A DNA stretch of 64,000 bases, taken from NCBI GenBank assembly GCA_973895155.1, contig OZ316898.1:21290022-21354021 (forward strand), given 5' to 3'. The translations under genes were made by a program, and so were the position numbers. Below are positions 11,681 through 25,613 of the stretch, one piece after another. The notes under the pieces were generated by a model. It worked only from the letters and a program-made list of their open reading frames with translations, searched no databases and was not told the origin of the DNA. Position 1 is the stretch's first letter, and each line of letters opens with the position of its first letter. The stretch is from Marsupella aquatica. Taxonomy: Eukaryota; Plantae; Marchantiophyta.

Positions 11681-14600
11681 CTACTTGTGATGCAATTGCA
11701 AAACCTGCAATACGTCACGGTGTCTAGAGAAACTCTCCAAAGGAATCACTTTGGTAAATGCGTCAGCCGGGTTGAGTTTACCATCAATCTTGACTAGCTC
11801 AAACAAATTATCAGACACAGTCTGCCTGATAAAATGGTACCTGACGTCAATGTGCTTCACTCTGCTGTCCATCACTTGGTTCACAGCAAGGTGGAGCGCA
11901 CTTTGACTATCACAATGGAGCTTCACATTCCCCTGTGGCAATCCCATTTCAGTGATAAGTCTATCCAACCAAATCGCTTCCTTTGCTGCTTCCGCAGCTG
12001 CAACATACTCCGCTTCTGTAGTAGACTGAGCAATACACTTCTGCAAAGTAGACCTCCAACTTATGCATCCACCGCCAAGTGTGAACACGTATCCTGTTGT
12101 TGATCTCCTTCGGTCCAAATCTTGTCCATAGTCAGAATCTACATAGCCAATCAATGATCTAGCATTCTTTGCATTCGCATCAAATAAAAGACCATGATCC
12201 ACGGTACCCTTCAAGTACCTGATAATCCACTTCACTGCTTCCCAGTGTACCTTCCCTGGATTCGACATGTACCTGCTCACCTTGCCCATAGCCATGGCAA
12301 GATCAGGTCTAGTGCAAGTCATCAAATACATGAGACTCCCCACTGCCTTGTCATATGGAACCTTTGACATCAACCCCTTCTCTGTGTCATCCGTAGGACA
12401 GAACGCTGATGATAACTTGAAGTGTGGAGCCAACGGGGTACTTACTGGCTTGCTATTCTCCATGTTGAACCTTGCAATTACCTTCCTCGCATAACTGCTC
12501 TGCGTCAACCATAGCTTGCCAGCCTCCAAGTCCCTAGTGATCTCCATACCCAAAATCCTCTTAGCTGGCCCTAAGTCTTTCATCTTAAACTCTGCACTAA
12601 GCAGTGCCTTGAGCTTAACAATCTCAGACCTATCCTTGGCTGCAATTAGCATGTCATCCACATAAAGTACTAAAACAATGAACCCAAAGACAACATTCTT
12701 CACCGGTTTCAAATACACACAAGGGTCAAATACACTTCTGTGAAAATCTTGTGACCGAATCCAATCGTCAAACCGCTTGTTCCACTGTCTTGGTGACTGC
12801 TTCAACCCATACAAGGATTTCAGCAATCTGCAAACCAATTCCTCCTGTCCTCTCTTCACAAAACCTAGCGGTTGTCTCATGAAGATCACCTCTTCCAATG
12901 TGCCATAGAGGAAAGCTGTGACAACATCCATCTGATCTAGGAGCAGACCAAACATTACAACAAGTACACACAATAGTCGTATTATAGAGTACTTAGCAAC
13001 TGGTGAGAAGACCTCATTGTAATCCACACCTTTCTCTTGTGTGAATCCCTTTGCTACCAATCTAGCCTTGTAGACCTTCGATCCACCTCCTATGGAATTA
13101 TCCTTCAGCTTGTAAATCCACTTGCTGTCCACCACTTGCTGACCCTTAGGCAGCTTAACAAGCTCCCAAGTTTTGTTGTCCTTTAGTGACTGCATCTCCG
13201 TTTGCATTGCTGCAGTCCACTTCTGCTTCTCTTTTGAAGCACTTGCCTCATGAAATGAAGAAGGTTCTCCTTCTTCCAAAATTAACGCATCACCCTCATC
13301 ATCAGCTGTAAAATCATCCTCTTGCAGTTGAGATGAATCAACCCACTGTCCATACCTTGATGGAGCGCGTACAGTGCGACCAGATGTTCTTCTAGCCGAT
13401 GACTCCGGTTGATCTGCGTGTGCTGGTACAATTTGAAGCTCAACAGCATCCACTTGTTGCTCACCAGCATCAACAAACTCCTCTGGTTCCTCTGGCATAG
13501 GAACCAGCTCCATAATTGGAGCAACTCCTTCTCTCCGGTCATGCACCTCATAACCAATCTCCCCCTCAACGAGATCCGGGATAGGAGATTTTCCTTTGTC
13601 AGTACGGGAGACCTGAGTATTCTCCCCCTCCTTCAATAATCTGGATTCATTGAAGGAAACATCCCTACTAACAACGAGCTTACAGGCAATAGGATCCCAT
13701 AGCCTATAGGCTTTCACACCACTCTGGTACCCAAGAAAAACACATTTCCTGGAGGTAGGATCCAACTTGGTCCTATTCTGCTTTGGTGTGAGAGCATATG
13801 CATCACTTCCAAAAACTACCAAGCCATGATAGTCTGCTTGCCGCTTATAGCGCATCTCAAACGGCGTTTTGAAATTGATAGCACTAGAAGGAGAAAGATT
13901 TACCAAATAAGTTGCGGTATTGACAGCTTCTGCCCAAAATTCTTGTGGTAAACCTGATTGGCTCAACATACTCCGTGACCGCTCCAACAGTGTCCGATTG
14001 AGCCTCTCAGCGACACCATTCTGCTGCGGAGTATAAACTATGGTGAGATGGCGAGTTATCCCCTGTTCTGAACAGTACTCTTCAAATTCCATTGAAGTGT
14101 ACTCCCCGCCGTTGTTTGACCTCAGACTCTTCACCCTTGTATCCAAACACTTGATCGTGTTTCCAGTCTGATTCTCCACCTAGGCCTTCCACTTCTTAAA
14201 AATGGACAAGACATCAGACTTATGCGTCATGAAATAAATCCACACAAATCTTGAGTAATCATCAATAAATGATACATAGTACAACTTTCCAGAGTATGAG
14301 GGAGTCGGGGATGGACCCCACACGTCACTATGTATGTACTCAAGAACCGCTTTGGAACGATGAGTTCCAACACCAAAAGCACGACGATGCTGCTTTCCAA
14401 GAATGCAATGCTCACAAAACTCTAATTTACAAGATTGCAAATCAGAAATGAGTCCATTCTTCCGTAAGATAGCCAAACCCTTCTCACTCATGTGGCCTAG
14501 CCGTGAATGCCACAGTTGAGTCATCTCCTCGTGAGACTTGGTTACATTGGCCTCTCCACATACAGTATTGCCCTGTAACACATACAAATTCTTTTGTCTA

Positions 14601-15988
14601 CTCCCCTTCAAAATCACTGTCTCTCCCGACCTGACTTGAAGTTCACCATCAATAACGTTCCATTGATGACCATTTGAATCCAACACACCGAGTGAAATCA
14701 GATTCTTACGCATGCCAGGTACATACCTGACTCCGGATACTGTGCGCACAGCGCCATCAAACATTTGAATCTTCACAGACCCAATTCCCTCAATTTGACA
14801 GGAGTGATCATTTCCCATCAGAACTGAACCGTTTGAAACAGAGTAAGAACTGAAAAACTCACGAATGTAACAAATATGAAAAGAGCAAGCACAATCAAGA
14901 ATCCACACATCATCTGCTCTCCTAGATGACGTGCACAGGGCATACCCCCGGCTTCATAAAACATACTCATCATTGAGTAAATCAGCTTCTCCATCAGCCA
15001 CATTTGCCGATGAAGTTTTCGCTGCCTTTCCCTTACAGTCTTGCTTGAAGTGTCCAACTTGGTTGCACTTCCAACATGTCACCTGCCTCCTCTGAGGGGA
15101 TTTACCCTTGGACTTAGATCTGGATTTAGATCTAAACTGGGTTCTACGGTCCCCAGTTGGTCGCTGCATACTCCTCCCACGGTTAACATTGAGGGCAGCA
15201 CCAGATGATGAAGGCTGTGACGTGATGTGCATCTTCTGCTGAAGATCATCACTAAGCAGAGAACTTACCACGTCATTGTATGAAATGGTATCCCTATCAC
15301 GATGCAACAACACTCGTGATAGGGACTGGTAAGATGGAGGCAATGAACTAAGAAGCTACAGAGCCTTCGTCTCATTATTCAAAGTCTCCCCAAGGTTTTC
15401 CAAGTCAACGACCATGTCGTTGAAAGCATCCACATGGTCTTGCAACTTCGTACCAGATTCCTTCATCCTGAAACTCATCAGTTTGTAGGAAGTGTAGAGC
15501 CGGTTCGACAACTCCTTGCGGTGATACTTGCTCTGCAATTCCGCAAACAAGGACATGCAATCCTTATGTGCACCTAACTGCTTGATGATGGGAGGCATGA
15601 GATAGAGTGTAACACACCACACTCCCTGCTCCTGCATGCGGTCCCATTGTTTCTCATCAACATCGTCTTCACGAGTGCTCAGCAGTTGGCCCATCCCTGA
15701 CGCATAGAGCACTCCCTTCACCTGCTTCTCCCATAGCAAGTAGTCAGAGCGCCCATCATACTTTGTCACTTCATACTTGGGTCCCCCAAGCTTGAAAGTC
15801 CCCATCTTCTTCTTTGGCACTACCGTGAGCTCCGGTAGTAGTACTGCTTCCTCCACCACACGCCGCACCGGTGATGGTATCGGTGTCACGTGCTCTTCCT
15901 CCTGCTCCTCTCTCTGCCCCTGAAACCGCCGCGGTGATCCTCGTGCTTCAAGTTCCACGTCTTCAAAAAATTCCTCCGAATCACTCAT
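11681..15988 (-). pseudogene. Copia gag-pol polyprotein, single frame with three in-frame stops (15356, 14954, 14180)
   Basis: Knuckle CWKCNQVGHFKQDC; protease WILDCAC; GAG-pre-IN WHSRLGH..CEHC; IN HSDVWGP/QQNGVAER; RT YKARLV, QMDV, LYGLKQ, LYVDDM; RH SSTTEAEY-like (QSTTEAEY), KHIDVRYHF. Confidence 0.93.
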
Positions 15989-17125
15989 ATGAGAAAATCA
16001 CAAAAATTGTTGTTTTTCACAACTTCTCAAAAAACTCGAAACTCAACACCGCCGCGTAGCCCACAAAGCTAGGAGTCCAATACTGAAAACCGAAATCAAA
16101 ATCGAAATTTGACGGAAAAGTTATTCAAATTTCGGTCGAGGTGGGTAAAACCTTGGGAAACTCCCCCGTTTTGACCACCTCAGGGAATAACCGAAATACC
16201 AAGTACAACCCGTTGTCGGAATTACGATGTGATTGGTGCGCCGCGTTGCCAACTTCAATGGCTACGACCTCGCCAAAAAATAACCAAAAAAGTTACCGTT
16301 CGACGGATGAAATCTTTGTCGGACGGTCAAAAAATAGCTCTCTGGTTTTTTGGAATATTCTATGACCCTTGTACAGGCCCTGTGGGAATTTTGGAAGAAC
16401 AATCGAGGGGCTGACATGTGTCCTCGAACCCCCAAAACCCCCTACCACCCTTCATCGTCGAAATCTGGTCGCGCGCGCAGAAAATACACACGGCAGAATG
16501 TACCTCTCGACACCAAACGCAAGATATCTCACTCGGGTTTTGACGAAATCAAGATCTGATTTCAGATTTGGAAACTAGACTTCGAGGCGGTGAAGATCGA
16601 TATAAGAAGCACCCAAAACGAGGAAAGAACAAGGGAGAAAAAAATTGGTAAAGATGACAGATTTCTCTCAATTGCCATAGCCAATTTCGAATCAGTTTTT
16701 CAAAGAGAAAAAATGGTACCTTGTCAACAACGAATGTTGATCAATTGCACTTGGTGCCGTCACCAATCCAACAAGGTAATTGATTTTGCTTAGCCTTCCT
16801 CTTTGCATCAAAGAGCCAATCCCGGACTCAAAACAATCGTCTTGCCTCAATCTCTCCGTTGAGTCAAAACACTTGACGCTTCTCCCTCCGAGTCGATTGC
16901 CAACTTTCTTCACAAAATCCAGAATGACAAAAACTTAGATCTCTTTGCACCACGAGCTCCGTTCAGCGATTTCTTCACACCGTTAGAAAGCTCTTGCCCC
17001 GATCTATCCGTTGAGCCCATAAACTCCAAGTTCCATGCGACGGAACTCCGGGAAATCCACCGACACTCAACGCTGGAAAAACCATAATGAAATCCCGTCA
17101 CGAACACACGTCACCTCCCAAGCAT

Positions 17126-17137
17126 GCTCTGATACCA
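17126..17137 (-). promoter_or_regulatory. Primer-binding site complementary to tRNA-iMet
   Basis: TGGTATCAGAGC on the minus strand, 2 nt inside the 5' LTR boundary. Confidence 0.95.
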
Positions 17138-17139
17138 AT

Positions 17140-17560
17140 TGTTGAGCATAGACGACGATCGCAACGGCAAGCCCATGAACCATCCAACGCACAATAGTCG
17201 ACACAAGAGATACGTGGTTCACCTCCTTGAGGCTACGTCCACGGGAACACACAAGAGAGCTTTACTGAACTCTAAGCCCGTCGGCTATACCGAGTCTCCA
17301 CAGTGTAAGCTCTCCCTATCTCTCAAGTGGCTCCATAACAATGAGCCTTGGTTCTACCTCTCCAAGCACACATGCCTCTTATGATATAGTGTGCAACTTA
17401 GTTGTACCTAACCACATAGTTGTACCTAATCACGTAGTTGTACCTAACCACATAGTTGTACCTAATCACGTAGTTGTACCTAACCACGTAGTTGTACCAA
17501 CCCACGTTGTTGTACCAACCACGTCATACCTAACCTAGACGTAAGAGTAAATACCCAACA
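17140..17560 (-). repeat. Copia 5' LTR (421 bp; two extra 18-bp tandem units)
   Basis: Same sequence as 11105-11489 plus 36 bp in the GTAGTTGTACCTAACCAC array. Confidence 0.95.
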
Positions 17561-20084
17561 CTGGAGTGACAATGCGGGAGCTGGTCTGAGGAACTTCAGG
17601 ATTGAGAACTGTCGAGTATATGATTTTTTGAGACCCAAAACCTCTACTCATGAGAGGCTGAACAGGATTTGGTCTCTCTCCCAACCGGAGCTGGTTTGGA
17701 ATGTGGGATGGACCAAGCTATGGAGCTCTGATTTGCCAGTCAGAGGCAAGACCTTTATATGGAGGATTATTGTAGGGGGTCTTTTCTCTGGAGAGCGTGC
17801 GCTCAGAATCGATGTAAGCAATGGAGACTGCAAACTTTGCTGCGGGGTATTGGAGACTATTCCCCATATTTTTTTCAGATGTACACATGCAGTTAGAAGC
17901 TGGAGCATATGTCAGGCCTTTCTTAGTGGATTGGGTATGCCATTCGGACAAGGTCTGAATGTCTTGTTGGAGGCTGCTTGTGGGAAAGATCAGAAACAAG
18001 TTGCACAACTTTTTGTTTTGCATCAGATTCTGTGGCGACTTTGGATGGGGCGGAACACACAAATGTTCCATTTGCATGGCAGACGCTCATTTGATTTGGG
18101 CCTGGTTCTTACTGAGGCGGCTGAGAATCTGTATGCGGTTAGTCACCGTTCTCTTCCGGGTAGGAAATGCACCAGACTTCTTAGGGCCAAAACCTGGATT
18201 GATGAGAGACGTAGGGGTTGGCTCTCTTTTGGCAGCGGCTGCATCGTCACTGGGATGTGACTGGCTGGTTGTTTGTGATGTGACTCGTAGCCCATGTGAT
18301 GAGTAGGGGGTAGATGCGGTTCTTTTTCCCTGTGCTTTTTTGTGCTTGTTGATCCTGTGCCCTTGGTCTGCCCCAACACTAGTGGGGACTGCCCTGTGGC
18401 GGGGTCTGTTGTCTGGCCGTTTTGGGCCTTCTTTGTTCGCCCTTCCCGTGGGGTTTTTCGCGGGGGAACATCAAAATTTATAAAATGATCTCTTTCAAGG
18501 AAAGTTCTACGGTAGTACAATAGTTCAGCCAATGGTCAATAAGAATAATTACTCCTCCAGTTGCACTCTGGCCTCCTTCTCCACTCTATGACTCTACAGA
18601 GTACATACTCTCCGTTGTTCAACGGGCCAACGGGTTTTTGTGCATCTCCAGAATCTCTATTCTGTGCATCATATACTGCCATTTCCCACCCTAAATCATA
18701 AATTCATGGGGTTCCGTGCAATTCGTACCCTAAACCCCGGGATAATAATTATCCGAGTCGGCGCACCAGTCCGAGTCCACCTGGGTTGTTTTAGTATATA
18801 CAAACATGCTATCATGGTTTTCGTATATTCCCACCCTGGTAACTTTGTTAAATTTAACTTCTTTATGTGAAACCCTGACGGATTTGTAAATACAAAGATA
18901 AAACCACGCGAGTATTATCAGTTTCACCATCTTCAGTGCCAAAGTAATTCAGAGTTGGTGTTTCTCATGTGGATGCATGAGAAACAAAAAAAGACAATCA
19001 AAACCAGGATGGAAGCTTCGAGTTGGTGAAGAACCGGCAAGCTTGAACGACTTTTCATATCCAGGAGGTTTGAATGTGTGTTTCTAGCATTGCCCCCGGC
19101 ATTGCCGTGTGGTTATGTTGAATGTTGTTTTACATTGCAAGTAATAGTATTGTTGCTAGTTTTGAATTAATTAAGGGCGATTAAGGGCAACATTTAGGGT
19201 AACTAATTATTAACGCAGATAAGGTGTGACATTAACCTGGCCTGTCATCGAAAATGGGTTTGCACGGTCACAATAGGATGAACTGGAAATTAAGAACAAG
19301 TATCAAAGCACTTATGTCAACAATGGGAGTGTATTGTTGGACGGTAATGGAAGAGCGTGGCTGGATTTAGGGTTTAGACCAAGAACTAGAATTTTCCAGA
19401 ATCTTAAAATTAATCATGACTTTATATGCAAAATAATGCGCAACCTTCTTAACCCTAAACCCTAAACTTCAACTTACGTTTCCATGATACTAGATTATTC
19501 TTCAAATTTTTGTTGCAAATACCTATGATAGATAAATTATATTGGATTCATGTAAGAGAGCATACCGAATTTCATTTCATTCTTTTTATGTGGGAAAAAT
19601 TTAAGAACTACAGGGTAAAGATCATTCCTGTGATCATTCGTTTACAGTAGTTTCAATGTTTGGAAAAACCATAGCAAATACAATGTAAATAATATTTTAT
19701 TGATGTCTTACGTGCATGATACTTGCAAAGTAATGCAAGTCTCATGCACAGTGATTTAGGGATTCTGGGCACATCTCAAATATGATTTTCTTGCCATTTT
19801 AGATTCTAGCGAGCGCTACCAAGTGTAGGACACTAGGAATATGAAACCAGTATGTGGGTCTAGTTGGGATGTGTTTTTAACATTGAGCTTTAATTTCCAA
19901 CCATTTTTCTATCAATTGAACTCTACCAAACGGCAAAATTTGTTTGTTGCCAAACAACCATTTCCCTATCAATTGGACTCTACCCAAAGGCAATGTTTGG
20001 TGCCAAAAAATTAGGAAATTTGTTCTTTTTTATTAATAGAAATGAAATTAAAATTGGGCAAAGTTGTTTTAAATTTTGAGGTCA

Positions 20085-23038
20085 GCTAACCATTGATTAG
20101 TTTTCCAAAGATAGTCACAAATTGGGACACAACTACCTTCTAAGCGGGAAGAAGCTTTATTTGTGTCTTTGTGGAAGAATTTGTATTTATATTTGGACTT
20201 TTCCAGTCAATGCATGGATTGTACTACTACAAATACTCTGAATAAGTCCAACTTGATTTGAAGGCACTTGTATGCTCTTGTTGTGTACTACAGCCTTAGG
20301 TCAAATGCAAGCTTGAGGGAAACCAAAAGGATAGAAATGGATACTTTGTCGATCACTATTTTGAATGTGTTAAATTATGACATTCCAACCCATTTTCCAC
20401 CGTTGATTAAGCAAAGGAACTCTGGCTAGTTTGGAATCATCCAATGGTGAACATGATCTTGTGAGTTTCTTATAATGGGATGTTTGTCACCATCCTCAGT
20501 TAGCCGATACGCTCTCCCTCCCTTGAACAGCGAACTGGGAGTGGGCCAGCCAACCAGGATTCAAATCAGGAGGGGTGGAGTGGGAGCAAAGTAAGAGACC
20601 CAATCCACTGTCAAGGGTTGGAAAGGGTGTTGCACTTACAGTAGAGGACATGGACGACAATCAAATGGAAAAACCAGGTTAGATGTTCAAGACATTCAAA
20701 ATACTTCAAGCTAACTAACTATCTATGCTAGTTTCCTTAATCAACAATGGAAGAAGATGTCAAGAAAACTGGCAAAGTATATATTTAGTTCAAGTTGAGA
20801 TGAAATCCTCAAATCAATAATAGTAGTTTTTCTTTTTTTATTTCCCTTTATTTCTCTCACTCATCTTGGAATTTTTGAGCTTGCCATCAACTTCAACACT
20901 AGTTTTCTTCATTCCCCATTTTTATTAAGAAATGGGAACAATTAAGTGTTGCAAGGATTTGGGGGGAAATCTTAGTTGAGTTTTCTTTTTTACAATGTTA
21001 TATAATCCCTATAACTAACCAGCAAGGGCTCTACAAAAATATTTGAATTTTGGGTGATTGGATATTATGCAAAACTAGCTCAATACCAATCAACCCAAAC
21101 TTCCCAAATATTCTCAAACAATGTCCAATCATCCAAAACTTCAAATACTTTTGTAGAGCCCTTTAATGGTTGATTATAGGGATTATATAACATTGTAAAT
21201 GGGTGATTGATATTGAGGTAGTTGTGCATAATATCATGTAGTGGGAGGAGTGTCTAGGTGGATCTGATGGCACCCAAAAAGTTTATTACGGGTCTAGTTA
21301 GAGACTCTTGTAATTCTGAAAATTCAGGGAATTCCACATCATCTCATAAATTCTAAACCATTGGATTTATGTACTTGGACCATCTAGATTCTTTTCATGT
21401 GTGAGCACTTGTGTGATTAGTTAGGTGGGACAAAAGTGTCACTTCAATTCTCAGCCATTGGATGTTTCTGATTGGAGCATCTAGATGCTTTGCATGTGGG
21501 ACAAAACTGAGAACTAATGTCAGATTGAGTTAGATAATGTGCATGCATTCATGTCATGCCAAAATAGCTGCAGGTATATTTCTCTCCCATTTTTCTTAAC
21601 CATACCATGCCAAAGTGAATGAGTGTACAATTAACTTTCCCCCCATTCCAAGCCTCCACATCTATTCTCCACCAAATCATCATCATCAAACACTACAATA
21701 CAACATCCCCCTCCCCCCCCCCAAAATCCCCTTTTTTCTTTAATTTTTGTCCCTTATAAAACGAGGAAAGAGTGTGAGTCAATCGTAGCCTTTCATCACA
21801 AAATAAACTTTTTTGGTGCCATCAGATCCACCTAGACACTCCTCCCACCTTCATGATGATTGGATATTATGCACAAGTACCTCAATATCAATCACCCATT
21901 TACAATGTTATATAATCCCTATAATCAACCATTTAAGGGCTCTACAAAAATATTTGAAGTTTTGGATGATTGCACATTATTTGACAATATTTGGGAAGTT
22001 TTGGTTGATTGGTATTGAGCCAGTTTTGCATAATATCAAATCACCCAAAACTTCAAATATTTTTGTAGAGCTCTTACTGGTTAATTATAGGGATTATATA
22101 ACATTGTAAAAAAACCTCAACTAAGATTTCCCCCCAAGTCCTTGCAATGCTTAATTGTTCCCATTTCTTAATAAAAATGGGGAATGAAGAAAAATAGTGT
22201 TGAACTTGATGGCAAGCTCAAAAATTCCAAGATGAGTTAGAGAGAAAAAGGGAAATAGAAAAAGAAAAACTACTATTATTGATTTGAGAATTTCATCTCA
22301 ACTTGAACTATTGAAAATTGCATAATCTAAATATATACTTTGCCAGTTTTCTTGTCATCTTCTTCCATTGTTAATTAAGGAAACTAGCTATAGTTAGCTT
22401 AAAATATTTTGAATGTCTTGAACATCTAACCTGGTTTTTCCATTGGATTGTCGTCCATGTCCTGTACTGTAAGTGCAACACCCTTTCCAACCCTTGACAG
22501 TGGATTGGGTCTCTTACTTTGCTCCCACTCCGCCCCTCCTGATTTGAATCCTGGTTGGCTGGCCCACTCCCCGTTAGCTGGTCAAGGGAGGGAGCTAGTC
22601 TAGCGTATTGGTTAACTTGAGGATGGTGACAAACATCCCATTATAAGAAACTCACAAGATGTTCACCATTGGATGATTCCAAACTAGCCAGAGTTCCTTT
22701 GCTTAATCAACTGTGGGAAATGGTTGGAATGTCATAATTTAACACAAAATAGTGACAAAGTATCCAATTCTATCCTTTTGGTGTCCCTCAAGCTTGCATT
22801 TGACTTAAGGCTGTAGTACACAACAAGAGCATACAAGAACCTTCAAATCAGGTTGGACTTATTCAGAGTATTTGTAGTAGTGCAATCCATGCACTGACTA
22901 GATAAGTCCAAATATAAATACAAATACTTCTTCCACAAATACACGAATAAAGCTTCTTCCAATCCGCTTAGTGGGCCGCTTAGAAGGCAGTTGTGTCCCA
23001 ATTTGTGACTATCTCTGGAAAACTAATCAATGGTTAGC
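20085..23038. repeat. Long inverted repeat: ~1.2-kb arms 20085-21287 and 21802-23038, ~0.5-kb spacer
   Basis: Arms can be aligned as reverse complements along their length with scattered substitutions and small indels (outer GCTAACCATTGATTAG/CTAATCAATGGTTAGC; inner GATCTGATGGCACC/GGTGCCATCAGATC). Confidence 0.9.
20989..21199. mobile_element. MITE-like hairpin element (~210 bp); second copy at 21899-22110
   Basis: Imperfect TIRs of ~60 bp: TACAATGTTATATAATCCCTATAA... / ...TTATAGGGATTATATAACATTGTA. Confidence 0.7.
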
Positions 23039-23075
23039 GTTGCATTGTTTTATTCTTGACTTTGACCTTCATTGA

Positions 23076-23404
23076 TACTAATATTTTAACAAAGTATACC
23101 AGCATTGAAGTGAATACAAACAAAGATTCCTCGCTCTTGGGCTTCTTGAGGCATGTGTGTATGAAAAATTATAATTAATATGTGTTAGCTGGCTTGAAGT
23201 AACAACTTGTTGAACTTCCTTGTGTGCAACTCTTCAGAACTTTCATATGAGAACTCTAAGTGGATTGTAGGAGTGTGATTCCCCACCAATCAAGCAAAAC
23301 TTGCTTGTGCACCAAAGATGACTAAGCCAACTTCATCATTTAGATCATATTTGTGCTTTTTAAATTTATAATCAATGCTGGCATACTTTGTTAAAATCTT
23401 AGTA
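23076..23404. mobile_element. MITE-like element with TA-bounded ~33-bp TIRs
   Basis: TACTAATATTTTAACAAAGTATACCAGCATTGA versus TCAATGCTGGCATACTTTGTTAAAATCTTAGTA. Confidence 0.6.
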
Positions 23405-23669
23405 CCCTAACAGATCCAAGCTGACCTCAAAATTTAAAACAACTTTGCCCATTTTTAATTTCTATTAATAAAAAAGGTGGGAGTTTACTATGTGAAAGTA
23501 CAGACAGAGCCCTATACTGTGGTAAAAGCTCAGTACCACTAGAGCTTGAAGTTGAAAAATAAAATAGACAAAGATAGTCATGATCAGTTTGCTGCACTGT
23601 ACACAAATGTCTTCTAAGGTGATTTATCTACCTAAGATGACTTCACCTAAGCTGACCTTAAGTCAACCT

Positions 23670-24021
23670 TGTTGAGCATAGATGACATTCACAACAATAA
23701 ACCCATGACACATCCAACGCATAAGTAGTCTACACAAGAGATACGTGGTTCACCTCCTCGAGGCTACGTCCACGGGAACACACAATAGAGCTTTATTGAA
23801 CTCTAAGCCCGTTGCTAATATTCCAAGTCTCCATAGTGTAAGCTCTTCTTATCTCTCAAGTGGCTCCCTAACAATGAGCCTTAGTTCCATTTATCCTAGC
23901 AAGCACCGCTTAGGATATAGTGTACAACTTAGTCAACCTAACCACATCATTGACTATGGTTAGCCTAACTATGTTTATATGTCATAACCCTATTGATGTT
24001 AGTAAGAGTAAATACCTAAAA
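23670..24021 (-). mobile_element. Diverged solo LTR related to the copia LTR
   Basis: Colinear with 11105-11489. TSD AACCT at 23665-23669 and 24022-24026. Confidence 0.88.
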
Positions 24022-24954
24022 AACCTGACCTAAGCAGATTTAACCTCATCCAACCTTACCTAAGCCAAATTTACCTTTGTTGATGTTACCTGCGCCGAGT
24101 TTGAAACTTAGACCGTGGTCGTGCATTTTAACTTATTTCATTTCCACTTGATTGAAATGTTGAAAGCTCTTTACAGCTCATGGAATAGACATTGTGGTAT
24201 ACGCTGATAAAATCTTAGCACCAATGGAGTATGGGGTCAACTCGGGGTCCTCACTTCTTTTCCTCCAACCCATCACGCGCAAATAAGTATGATGTTTTTT
24301 TATTGGGTTTAGTGAAAGACTTTTAAATTTTTGTTGAAGAACATTAGGGTTGGCTTAATCCAGTTTTGAGAATTATAAGAATCAAGGGGTTTTTTAAAAC
24401 CAAATGATTGAGTTAGGGTTAAAAAATTCCTCAAAAAATGTTATTGACTTAAGTTTTAGGGTGTTTATTCCCCCAAAACTTTACGGGTGATATGGGAAAC
24501 CCCTTGGATTGAGGCCCCTAAAGTCAAGAATTAAAAATAAGCCAAAGATAGTCAACATTTGATTAGTTTGTCGCAAAAGATATAATTAAATGCCTTCTAA
24601 GCTAATTTGACCTAGGCAGATCCAACCTGAGCCGACCTCACCTAAGCTGATCTGACCTAAGCTGTTCATTATGCAAGTGCTTGCGCTCTTGTTTGTTTGC
24701 GTTTGAGTGGTCTTTTCCCTCTTTCCCCCCTCTATTCTAAAACCATATTTCCCAAGAAAAAACAAAATTTAAAACAATCTATGCATCAATGTGTCATGGA
24801 AAAATTAGTAAAAAATTAAACCTAATAAATCTTTCCATGATGTGTGAAGGGTTGTGAAGTGAACATTTGTGATTCTTCACTCAACCAATAATATTTTCAT
24901 TGTCGTTTTGCGTATGGATGGACCCCGGGATGGGGCATCCTTAAATGTTAGTTA

Positions 24955-25316
24955 TGTTGAGAAAAAATTGGCCCACCATGTTGTCCCATGAAACTAGTGT
25001 ACAATATACAATCTATCTTGACATAGAGATGTTTGGTTCGCCCAGTTTAGGGTGCGTCTATGACCAAAAGAAAAAAATCACTATACACTAACACCATACA
25101 TTGGCTACGGTAGTCACAAACTGAACTCCATGACACAATATTCTTCTCTCTCTCCAGTCTCCAACTCTTGACCATTGATCTCTAGTGTGAGCACAATAAA
25201 GTGTTCCTCCAAGGTATAGGCCTTCTGCACTAGTCTAACCTAAGCAACACTTAACCATGATTAAGCTGTGCTCCAGTTAACCCCATGTAACTACTTGCTA
25301 GAGTTATGTATCAACA
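24955..25316. mobile_element. Possible old solo LTR
   Basis: TGTTGA...TCAACA termini, flanks AGTTA/AGTTG (4/5), weak internal similarity to the copia LTR. Confidence 0.45.
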
Positions 25317-25613
25317 AGTTGTTAATTTGCTGCTCTCAACAATGTTGTAATGGATGGAGCAATTGTAAAAAAGAACACACACGAACCCAAATCCTCCCCC
25401 ACTTGACCCTAAACCTACTTTCCTAATTTTGTGGCACGGTTAAACAAATTTTGCCTTGTCCAATTGATAGAAAATGGTTTTTTTGGCAACAAACAAATTT
25501 TGTCTTTTGGTAGAGTCCAATTGATAGAAAAATGGTCAGAAAATTAAAGCTCAATGTTCCTAACAGATCCCAACTAGACCCACATACTGGTTTTTTGATG
25601 AAGTGCTACCATT

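Larger units (their letters stand above)
11105..17560 (-). mobile_element. Full-length Ty1/copia LTR retrotransposon nested in LINE ORF2
   Basis: TG...CA LTRs at 11105-11489 and 17140-17560. 5-bp TSD CTGGA (11100-11104, 17561-17565). PBS and PPT present. Order gag-PR-IN-RT-RH. Confidence 0.97.
7872..18260 (+). pseudogene. LINE ORF2 (APE endonuclease, RT, zf-RVT) in pieces 7872-11104 and 17566-18260; stop at 8754-8756, frameshift near 9920
   Basis: SWNVCGL, LQEVK, GDFN, SRLDRF, SDH; KSPGPNG, WRPLTMLN, LDFEKAFD, GVRQGCPLSP, LFADD, KYLG; CKLC..ETIPHIFFRC. Removing the copia element restores the frame (QWRW|SDNAGAG). Confidence 0.93.
6728..18500 (+). mobile_element. 5'-truncated L1-clade LINE, interrupted by a copia element
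   Basis: 14-bp TSD AAAGTTCTACGGTA at 6714-6727 and 18501-18514. Contains ORF1 zinc knuckle, APE endonuclease, RT and zf-RVT. Confidence 0.93.

Noticed and set aside
17341-17538. VVPNH-repeat peptide / CRISPR-like look
   Set aside because: 18-bp tandem array inside an LTR with no spacers.
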